From positions 372,001 through 436,000 of the forward strand of contig NIVC01000561.1 in assembly GCA_002269645.1 (NCBI GenBank): a DNA stretch of 64,000 nt, read 5' to 3'. The notes below the pieces were generated by a model. It worked only from the letters and a program-made list of their open reading frames with translations. It was not told where the DNA came from and searched no databases. This DNA is from Macrostomum lignano (lineage: Eukaryota). Both the position numbers and the translations under genes were made by a program. Positions 33,046 through 43,593 of this stretch are shown here, piece after piece. Each line of letters opens with the position of its first letter. Position 1 is the stretch's first letter.

Positions 33046-36000
33046 GTCTGTCTGTCTATCTGTCTGTCTGTCTTCTGTCTGTCTAATATTCATAGAGACC
33101 ACTGCTCGCACCGCACAGGGCTCTCTGAACCTGGACGTGGCTACCAACAGTCAGTCTGGCGGTGACTCCCTCGCCCCATTGCGAACTTTGCTGCTCCTCG
33201 GAGGCCGGTGCCTGCTGCACAACGACACAATAGTGGTGCTGTCGGGCTTGCTGCACTTTGTCGGCAGCTGGTACCGAGTGCAGACCGCGTGCAGCGGCTC
33301 CGGGTTTCAGCAGGTGAGAAAAACACGGGCAGGAGCCAGCTCTAGCTGGGATTAAATTTCAAATAAACTGAGAGAGTTGCGTCAGACAGAGCTCATCTTG
33401 CACGCCCTTGTCCAAACCGAACCCAGTCAATTCCAAGAATCAGCGGTTCGTCCATGCTGAAGCGGCAGCGTAAAAAGCCTTCAACAGTCAGGCGGCACAA
33501 CGGTGAAGAAGCAGAAGCGGCAAGGAATGTTGCAGAAGCTGCTAGCGGCTCTTCCGCGACTGGTGGCGACCGGCCTCTCCTGCTGAACAACGTGTGGCTG
33601 TACACACAGGGTGGCACCGTGTTCATAGGCGGCTCGGCGCTGCTCACAGAGGCCCAGCTAGCCATGTCCGCTGATTTCAAGCCCGTGCCTCTGGACCAGC
33701 AGGAGCGGCTGCTGGCCAGCCTGCCCTCCTCTACTAGGAGACAGGTGCCCTGCCGGCTCTTTCTGCAGGTGCGTGGGAGTTGGGGAAGTTGAGGAGGTTG
33801 AGGGAGTTGGGGAGGTTGAGGGAGTTGGGGAGGTTGAGGGAGTTGGGGAGCTTGAGGGAGTTGGGGAGGTTCAGGGAGTTGGGGAGGTTGAGGGAGTTGG
33901 GGAGGTTGAGGGAGTTGGGGAGCTTGAGGGAGTTGGGGAGGTTGAGGGAGTTGGGGAGGTTGAGGGAGTTGGGGAGCTTGAGGGAGTTGGGGAGGTTGAG
34001 GGAGTTAAGGAGGTTGAGGGAGTTGGGGAGGTTGAGGGAGTTGGGGAGGTTGAGGGAGTTGAGGAGGTTGAGGGAGTTGGGGAGGTTGAGGGAGTTGGGG
34101 AGGTTGAGGGAGTTGGGGAGGTTGAGGGAGTTAAGGAGGTTGAGGGAGTTGGGGAGGTTGAGGGAGTTGGGGAGGTTGAGGGAGTTGGGGAGGTTGAGGG
34201 AGTTGGGGAGGTTGAGGGAGTTGGGGAGCTTGAGGGAGTTGGGGAGGTTGAGGGAGTTAAGGAGGTTGAGGGAGTTGGGGAGGTTGAGGGAGTTGGGGAG
34301 GTTGAGGGAGTTGAGGAGGTTGAGGGAGTTGGGGAGGTTGAGGGAGTTGGGGAGGTTGAGGGAGTTGGGGAGGTTGAGGGAGTTGGGGAGGTTGAGGGAG
34401 TTAAGGAGGTTGAGGGAGTTGGGGAGGTTGAGGGAGTTGGGGAGGTTGAGGGAGTTGGGGAGGTTGAGGGAGTTGGGGAGGTTGAGGGAGTTGGGGAAGT
34501 TGGAGAGGTTGAGGGAGTTGGGGAAGTTGAGGGGGTTGGGGAAGTTGAGGGGGTTGGTGAGGTTGATGACATTGTCGGGCTTGGGGAGAGATGAGAAAAT
34601 TTGGGGAGAATGGAGGAACTGGCTAAGGTTCATAGTGTCGAAATAGAGCTTTGAGAATTACAAAAAATCTCGAAGTTGAAATTATATTTCTTCTAGCATA
34701 CTACACTACTGTCCACCAGTCCACCAGTAGTAGTACAATACGATTTTCAAGTGAATTTCCATTTGAAATTGAAACATTGAACCCTGCTGCGCACTCAGTC
34801 TGGCAGGTTCAGCCTCGGCCCCGGCTCCTGCAGTCTGCGCGCGGTGGCCGGGGTGGCCTGGCTGCGAGGTCGCAAGGCGCCGCTCGGTGACGTGGATTCC
34901 GCCGCCGACCAGCTGCTGGTCCGTGACGCTGTAGTCTTCCTGACGCAGTGGCCCAGCGGTGGCAGCGGCGACACTGGCAGCGCGCACTGGATTGAAGGCC
35001 GCGACCTGCTGTACAAGGACGGCCTGCTGTACCTGGACGACTTGACGCCGGTGCTGAAGGGCGGCCGGATCTGCCTGGGACAGCAGGAGATGCAGCTGGA
35101 GTGGCTGTCCGGATGGAGCGGTGAGCTGCGCGGGAGGCTGGGGTGCAATTAAAGTACATATCAGGGGGTGGTCAGACTTTTGCGTTAGAAGGCCGAGTCT
35201 CAAGGCGCAGAAGTGTCTGCCTGACTGATGATTAGGGGGTTGCGGTGCCGATGTCATGTACAAAGCTCAAAGCCCCTCAACAAACTGGCTGAATCCACCA
35301 TTGGCATCCACCAATCGCAGACGAGTCCAAAGTCAACGGCAGTCAGGACAGCGACTTCAGTGCCGAAGAGCAGCAGCAGCAGCAGATCAGCCAGACGGGT
35401 TCATCAGAAGGTTTGGTCGGCGTCAGCGTGACCGACTCATCGACAGATCTGGGAGAGTCGGACCTGATCACCGACTGCATCTGCCTGCTGGAGTCGGGCG
35501 GCCGCTGTTTGCATATCCTGCGCGGCCGAATGCGGCTAACAGCCAGCGAGGCCGGCAGGAGCTCCGTCGAGACGGTCCTGGTCGACCGGGGCGTCGCCTA
35601 TTTTGTGGCCGAATCAGGCCGGCCAACTAGAATGACGGCCGGGTTTCCGCCGCCGAGGATTGTCGGCTGGCCTCTGATGCCGCGGCCGAGCGAGTCGGGC
35701 AGGCAGTGGGCGGGCTGGGTGGACCGGCAGCTGGACACGGCCACGTTCGAGAAGGCTCGGCTGACGCTGAACCGCGGCACCTTGTGCCTCAACGGCGAGG
35801 TGCCACTGATGAGAGGCTGCCAGCTCTTGCTGAACGGTCAGGTTTACGATATCCGGCAGCCCTCGATGCCGCTGGTTCAGCTGGAGCGCAGCCGCGAGAG
35901 CGAGTCGTTGCAGAGACTGCAGCAACTTCAAGCCGAACCAATCGACCAAGCAGAACTCAGGGAAACTGAAAACCGGCAAGATTATACTGAAGTAAATGCT

Positions 36001-36237
36001 GGACTGGGGAAAGGATTTCCTGATAAAGCAGCGCAGCAGCAGCAGCAGCATCGGCAGCAGCAGCAGCAACAGCAGCAACAGCAACAGCAACATCAGCAGC
36101 AGCAGCAGCAACATCAACAGCAGCACGGCTTTATTGGTGGTTATTCAGTGGTTGCCAATCGTCAAACTGACGCACTCATCTTCAACCTCAAAGCCAGGTT
36201 CCCCGACGGACTGCGCTTTTTGTTTGACGCGGCGTGA
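30244..36237 (+). CDS. Uncharacterised multi-exon protein with repeated Gly-centred hydrophobic (beta-hairpin-like) motifs and a C-terminal polyQ tract
   Basis: GC-rich coding-like blocks bounded by splice sites: 30244-30634, ~31385-31967 (frame change inside unresolved), ~33098/33119-33313, ~33427-33768, 34799-35120, 35321-36237. The last two join in phase (gtgagc / cgcag). No family recognised. Confidence 0.6.
30750..31378. repeat. Intronic minisatellite, 37-bp (gacgggtcattggtatgtccgtgatctgtgtgtgtct)
   Basis: Directly visible; period 37 measured at 30914/30951. Confidence 0.9.
31975..33085. repeat. Intronic (GTCT)n microsatellite with cttagtgt interruptions
   Basis: Directly visible. Confidence 0.95.
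33775..34560. repeat. Intronic G-rich minisatellite, 18-bp (gggagttggggaggttga)
   Basis: Directly visible; source of the GVGEVE / LRELGR / TSPTPS ORFs. Confidence 0.95.
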
Positions 36238-37277
36238 ACTGTACTTACAGATGTACATGTACATCACGTGCTTTTACTAGTTTCCTGACTCAATACGCAC
36301 TGTGCGAATGCACAAAAGCGTAATGATTTTAACTTTAATATGCATCATTTTGGTTTCACCGTTTATTGTCCAAACTTTAAAAAATGTCTAAAAAATAAAA
36401 ATCAGACAGTAATGCATGTCGGATGGTTTTATTGCAATGCTCGTATCAACAATGAGTTTAAGTAAACAAGTTAGAATGTATTCTCTAATTATACTGGTAC
36501 CTAATTTAACATACTTTAACATGTATATGGCACCTGTTTCAAGGATATATACATGTAACATTTGTTTAATAACTCATTACATTTTCTTTTAAGTAAATTC
36601 CTCCTGAATCTTTAGGCTCGTATATGTACATGTATATATGTACATGCGCATCATTACTAAAATAGCATTACAAACAATTAGTATCACATCTTGTGTACAT
36701 GTTATAATCAAGGACGACTTACGATCTGGCTGGCTGCAGTAATTCATGGGAAACCTGTGACGCAACAGGAACTGCCTGCTTAAAAACCCTATAATAATAA
36801 GGAGAAATGGTTAGTACAGCAGAACTTTAAATACTGTACATACATGTAAGAACGATAAGGGAAACGAGTTTCTAGGTCGAGCTTAATCCACCGAACTCAG
36901 AAATTAAGTTAAATTTGACGTCGTCACTGTATAACAAATAAATTGATAAATATAATCAAAGCGCAGAGCAATTAAATTATTTTTTTAATTAAGTGTAAAA
37001 CAAAAACAAGAAATTCTCTTATCTTGCACAGGCGGTAAACAAATCTAGATGCTTTAAATTCCCTGTCACCTGTATTAAGAAATTAAAGACGCGGAGTTTG
37101 GGGGGAAAGGAGGTGCTAAAAGAAAGTGAAGATCGAGCAAGACAAAAAATAACTGTCTCAGATTAGCACTCCATTCTGTTCTGTGATTACTAAAAGTAAT
37201 CAGCGCGACAAATAGACGCTCTAATTTACGTTTGTCAGCATCTTCGGTGTCTACCATTTAAACGACCGCGCCGCTAA

Positions 37278-37976
37278 CAAGGACGACACTTAAGTAGAAG
37301 GACGGGAAACCTCGTTTCTTAGAAAATTTTTGAAGGCACTTTTTCCCTAAAAAATACACTGCGGAGATAGGAAATTTTCATTTCTTCAGCACAAAAATTG
37401 CTATTACTTTTGATAGGAGGCAGATCCAGTGTTCATGTTTTGATATGTTGTGCCTTTTTTATTGCTCTATCGATATTTATAAAGCTTTCCGTTCAGAAAA
37501 TTAGATTTCTATGCTAATTTTTTATTTTACGTATATTTTCACGCGTCTTGTGCTTGAAATACATTAGACTGCCACGGCTCGGCTCTTTGGTTTCATGAGT
37601 CTATTTTGTCATTCTTAACTGACTGTGTAGCAAATATTCGTAACAGAGATGATAAAATAGATTCATAAAACCAAATATTGGAGCTGTGTCATGCATTATT
37701 GTGATTTTCAGGTACAGGAAATATACGTAGAATAAAAAATTAACATAGAAAGCTAATTTTCTAAACGAAAAGCCTTATAAATATCGATAGAACAATAAAA
37801 AAGCACAACACATCAAAAGATGAACACTGAATCTCCCTCCTATCAAAAGTAATAGCAATTTTTGTGCTGAAAAAATGAAAATTTCCTATCTCCGCAGTGT
37901 ATTTTTTCGGAAAAAAGTGCCTTCAAAAATTTTCTAAGAAACGAGGTTTCCCGTCCTTCTACTTAAGTCGTCCTTG
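37278..37976. mobile_element. Non-autonomous DNA transposon (MITE/foldback), 699 bp, ~260-bp inverted arms, 8-bp TSD gccgctaa
   Basis: 37278-~37538 is the near-perfect reverse complement of ~37718-37976 (termini caaggacgac...gtcgtccttg). gccgctaa occurs at 37270-37277 and 37977-37984. An 8-bp TSD is typical of the hAT and P superfamilies. Confidence 0.88.
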
Positions 37977-38439
37977 GCCGCTAAACGACCGCTCAGCTAC
38001 GATCGCAACCACCCTCCCCCCGGAATTTGAGGACCCTGGCAGCCGGAGTAAAACAGGAGAAAGAAATTCCGTTGGATTCATCAGCGCGATCTCCGGATTT
38101 ATTCGGGCGAACGCAACGCCGACCGGTTTCGAAGAAACCCGAAGAACCCCAATATAAATTTAATTTTTAATTTTCAAATTTATATTTTACAAGCTGTTGA
38201 AACCCGCGGATTTTGAACCCGGGGAACTCCATTCCCCGGAATTTTTTTTGCATGTATTCTAAAATCTGAGGTAAAACTCAAACAAAAACTTGTTCCCTTG
38301 TTAATAGTTAGGATAGAGTTAAACATAAAATAGTGTACATTCATGTAAAATTAGGATTTGAGGCAAACATTGATATTGTTGGCTGGGGTGCTGCGCAGAA
38401 TGTCAGGCAAACTCTGGCCTCTATGTACCTCTGCCTCTC

Positions 38440-40270
38440 CCTATGTCCTTTGCATCCTTTGAAACTTCCATCTTCTTTTCTGTTTCCTATCTTCTCTCTC
38501 GTCTCTTCTCTCTCTCCCCTCTTATCTCTTCTTTCTTCTCTCCTTTCTCGTCTCTTCTCTCATCTCTTCCCTCTCCCCTCTATTCTTTTCTCTCTCTTCT
38601 CCTCTCTTCGCTCTGGTCTCTGGTCTCTCATATCTCCTTTCTCCTGTTTTATCTTTTCTCATTTCTCTCTGCTCTCTACTCTCTCTTCCCTCTGCTCTCT
38701 GCTCTCTCTTCCCTCACCTCTCTTCTCACTCCTTACTCTACCCTCTCTCAACACTTGCCTTATCTCTACTCTCTCCTTTTTCCTCTCTTCTCTCAACTCT
38801 TTCCTCTCCTCTGTCCACTCTCTCCTCTCATCTCTCTGCTCTCTCCTATCCTATCTCTCTTCTCTCTAATCTCTCCTCTCTTTCCTCTCCTCTCTCGTCC
38901 TTTTCACCAATTTCCCCTGTCCTCTCAATTCTCTCCCTTCCCCTCCTCTCTCCTCACTCACTTCTCATCTCTCCCTTGTCCCCACATCTCATCTCTTATT
39001 TCTTATCTCTCCTCTCTTCTCTCTACTCTCCCATCTCTCGTCTGTTCACTCTGGTTTCTGCTCTCTCATCTCCCCTCTCTCATCTGTCATCTTTACTCTC
39101 ATATGTTCTCTCACCTCTCTCTTCTTGTACTCCTCTCTTTCCCCTTTTTTGACTCAGGACTCTCTTTCCTTTCTTCTTTCTTCTCGTCTCTTCTCTTCTC
39201 TCTTCTATACTCTCTCCCTCTCTTGTCTTCTCTCTTCTCTCTCCACTCTCCTCTCTCCTCTCTTATATCGTCTGTTCACTCTCATCTTTGCTCTCTCATT
39301 TCCCTCTCTCTTCTGTCATCTCTACTCTCCTCTCTACTGTGTACTCTTCTCTTTCCCCTCTTCTGACTCCTCTCTTTCCTTACTCCTCTCTTCTCTTCCC
39401 TCTTCTATACTCTCACCCCTCTATTCTCTTCTCTCGTCTCTCCGCACTCTGCTCTCTCTTCCTTCATCTCTCATTTCCACTCTACTCTCTCATATTTCCT
39501 TTCATCTCACTCATCTCTACAATCTCATATCTTTCCTCTCTCCTCCTCTTCCCTTTACTCTATCATCTCTCCTTTCTCCTCTCTTCTTTCTCAACTCTCT
39601 CTCTCTCATCTCTATCTTCTCTCTTCTCACTCGTCTCCCCCCTCTTATCTCGTCCCCTCTATCCTTTCTAATCCCCCCTCTCGATACTCTCATCTCCTCT
39701 TTGTTCTCTCATCTCACTCTTCTCTACTCTCCTCTCTCATCGATCCTCTGTCTCATCTCTCCCCTCTTCTCTCTCCATCTTCTCACCTCTACTATTTCCT
39801 CTCCCTTCTCTCTCCCCTCCTCTCGCTTCTTCGTCCCATATTCTCTGCTCTCTCCTCAACCTCCTCGTACGTCTCTCTTATCTCTTATATCTTATATCTT
39901 ATCTCATCTTCTCACTCTTCCCTCTCTCATCTCTTATCTCCTCTTCTCACTCCTCTCTCTCCCCTTTATCCCCCTCTTATCTCCTCTCTAATCTCTCCTC
40001 TCGATTCTCTCTCATCTGCCTCTCTGTTCTCTCATCTCTCATCTCTTCTCACTCTTCTCTACTCTCCTCTCTCATTGATCCTCTGTCTCATCTCTCCCCT
40101 CTTCTCTCTCCATCTTCTCACCTCTAATTCCATCTCCCTTCTCTCTTCCCTCCTCTCGCTTCTTCCTCCCGACTCCCATATTCTCTGCTCTGCCCTCGAC
40201 CCACCGTCTCTCCTGATATCTTCTATCTATTCTCTTATCCCCTCCTCCCTTTCTAATAGTCTATTCCTTT
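38440..40270. repeat. Degenerate CT-rich low-complexity tract
   Basis: Pyrimidine-only composition on the + strand; the Ser/Leu-rich ORFs are artefacts. Confidence 0.9.
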
Positions 40271-42809
40271 TTCTTTTCACTCTCATCCGGCCCGCAGCCA
40301 TAAGCTTGATTCTTTATCTGGCCTTTGAGATAAAAATCTGCCGATCCCTGCTTCGAAAGCCAGTTTGTGAGGCGTAGTACTATCATGGTTGTTATAATTT
40401 CTCGTGCTCTTTCTGGCCAATTAGCAGTCCTGAGAGGAATTTGTGTATCTCCATTCTCTAGCTCCACCACCACAGTCTGCAGCAGTCTAACAACCAAGGA
40501 AATACGCATTTCTTAGGAGGTTTTTTAAATTTTCAAGTACCTTATTTGTATCTTAATGTTAAAATTTTCATGGTGTAAGCAATTTAGTAGGATCGCATTG
40601 TAATCAGTTCATTGTAATCATTAATTTTTCGCTATTTTTACAAACCATCCCACCATTGTCTTGACTCTTGATTTGCCATCCACTGTTAAACTGCTGCAGA
40701 CTTGTCTTATACAGAGGACAGTGGTTTGAATCTCTCGCTAAACTGTCTCTCCTCTCCACGCCTCTCTAATCGCGGTCGCGGGGTACAGAGAAGGCTATTA
40801 AAAAGTTATTCCAAAACACTGTACACTCGCTATGTACATTGAGCCCTATCGCCTGACCCTTCGTCTGAGCTGGGGGAATGAGTGAGTGAGCGGCACAAAC
40901 AACAGAAAAAGCAGACAAACTTCACATGCTTACAGTTTCTGTCCTGATTGAGATACAGAGTTGAGACTTTACATGTAGGCAGAGAATGAGTCAATAAATA
41001 ATTGTGTCAAATTTGAAGTCAATCGCTCCACGTGGAGCAAAACTATGGCAGCCGAAAGTTAGGCATTTTAAAACCTATTCACACCCTTTGCCCAGATCGG
41101 GAAAGAGAGGCAGGCGGCCGGAGGTTGGGGTGGCTGCCTCGCTGAAAAAAACAGCCTAACTTTAAAAGTGCACAGCGGCTTTCAGGATTAACTTTGAGAT
41201 TTGAAATTTTACACGATTGTGTCAAAATAGTTGAAAATTGCCTGTGTCAAATTTGAAGGGAATCGGTAGAAGTGGAGCGGCGCTATGGAGGATTTAGTGA
41301 AAAAATTGCGCATTTTGAGCAGTTTTTTGTACTTTTAGGTAGGAAGACTTGAGTCTAGGAAATTAAAAGGTAGCCTAAGACATTCTCCGTAGTAAGTTTA
41401 GGGTGGGTGTAAAGTTTGGTGTCATTTGGTTGAGCGGTTTGGGAGTCCATAGCGATCAAAATTGTCCACACACAGACAGACAGAGTTTTGATTTTTATAT
41501 GTAGAGATTTCTTCTCAGCCCGCCCCACCCCCAGAAGATGGATAGTTGCCAGTTTGAATACTAAATAACTAAAATTACATGTCCATTTAGTTTCATCTTT
41601 AGGTTGAGCTTTAAACATAGGCCTATTCATCTTTTTATAACTTGCTTGCTTTGCTTTTTGCTTGAGTTTCTAAGTTGCATTATTTTGTTTTAAAAATTTA
41701 ATTTTACTAGGCCTATTTTTAGCGCTTATAAATAACATAGTCGCAACTCGCAAGTCAAGTCTTATGGTTATAAAAACTAAAATTCTAGCAAAAATGATTT
41801 GGAATAAGCCTAGGCCCTATTATATTATTATTAACTAGGCCCCTAAGCCTAAGGCCTTAATGTATTATAATTTTATTTAGAACTCTCTTTGGCATAGTTC
41901 TAGTTTACTTCATTATATTCCAGGATGGAATTCTTGTATTTCTTAAGTCAAACGGAATTATGCAATTTTTTTATGGCGCGCAAAATATTTTTATTGGTTG
42001 CATTTTTTATTTTGGTACTTAGCACGTTGCAAAATGTTCATCTAAAAAAGAATAAGACAATAACGAAAAATGCATTCTAATAAAATGTAGTGATTTGAAT
42101 TTCGTCCAAATATGTATGTTAGAGAATGTTACGAGTTTCTACTTTTTATAGAGTTTTTAAATTTTTACTTTTGTGCCTTATTTAGTTTTTACTTTTTATT
42201 CTTTTTTTCTTCGTGATCTTAGCTAGTAGGATTATCTTTTGCAAAATCCAATATCTCAAGCGCACTTTTGCATATTAAGAATTAGCAATTTTGTCTAAAA
42301 TTCTGAGACACATTTTTTCAGGATTTTTTGATGCAAAATTGCATTTTTTTGTGCAATTGCATAACGCGTTTTGATTTTTCTGCAAGAATTCCATCCAAGG
42401 TTATATTCCAACCCCCCTACCCTTGAATAGAGGGCAAAAAAGTTTAATGCAGTAAACTAGAACTATACCCTCTCTTTTTAGCCTTTCTGTTAATATAAAC
42501 CTAGGCCTAGCTAGATATTTAAATACATTGTTATTAGTAAATTAAATTCTATTTATATATTAATATCAAAACAGTCTAAAAATTTATAAACTTAGGAAGG
42601 TACTTTCTTAAACCAAAAATAAATATTTTTTTCTTTAACTAATTATACATTTGAAGTCATTATTCATTTTAAAAAAATTATTTTGAAATCTTCCAAATGT
42701 AAAATAAATAGTGTTATACCTTAATAGGGGTCCTACTATGGTATAGTTATGATTATAAGAGCAGTTATTTAATTAAATATCAGTGTTTTTTAAACTAAAT
42801 ATTCTAAAT

Positions 42810-43585
42810 CATTTTGTAGATCTAATCTACTTGATCTCATTGAATCTATAAATCTAATCTATACTTGATCTCATCTCATTCAATCTGCAAATCTAATCTA
42901 TACCTGATCTTATTGAATCTGCAAATCTAATCTATACCTGATCTCATTGAATCTGTAGATCTAATCTATACTTGATCTCATTAAATCTGCAGATCTAATT
43001 CTAATCTATACCTGATCTCATTGAATCTGCAAAACTAATCTATACCTGATCTCACTGAATTAGTAGATCTAATCTTTACTTGATCTCATTGAATCTACAG
43101 ATCTAATCTATATCTGATCTCATTGAATCTGCAGATCTAATCTATACCTGATCTCATTGAATCTGCAGATCTAATCTATACCTGATCTCATTGAATCTGC
43201 AGAACTAATCTATACCTGATCTCACTGAATTAGTAGATCTAATCTTTACTTAATCTCATTGAATCTACAGATCTAATCTATATCTGATCTCATTGAATCT
43301 GCAGATCTAATCTTTACTTAATCTCATTGAATCTGCAGATCTAATCTATACCTGATCTCATTGAATCTGCAGAACTAATCTATACCTGATCTCACTGAAT
43401 TAGTAGATCTAATCTTTACTTGATCTCATTGAATCTGCAGATCTAATCTATACCTGATCTCATTGAATCTGCAGAACTAATCTATACCTGATCTCACTGA
43501 ATTAGTAGATCTAATCTATACCTGATCTCATTGAATCTGTAAATCAAATCTACCTGATCTCATTAAATCTCCAGATCTAATCTAT
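42810..43585. repeat. 34-bp minisatellite (gatctcattgaatctgcagatctaatctatacct) ending immediately before the sulfotransferase ATG
   Basis: Period 34 measured at 43141/43175. Confidence 0.9.
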
Positions 43586-43593
43586 TTGTTCTT

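Noticed and set aside
38170-38240. B-box-like ggttcaaaatcc next to an 8-bp hairpin (similar weak match at ~17060), as tRNA or SINE
   Set aside because: There is no cloverleaf or A-box at the right spacing, and the match is imperfect.
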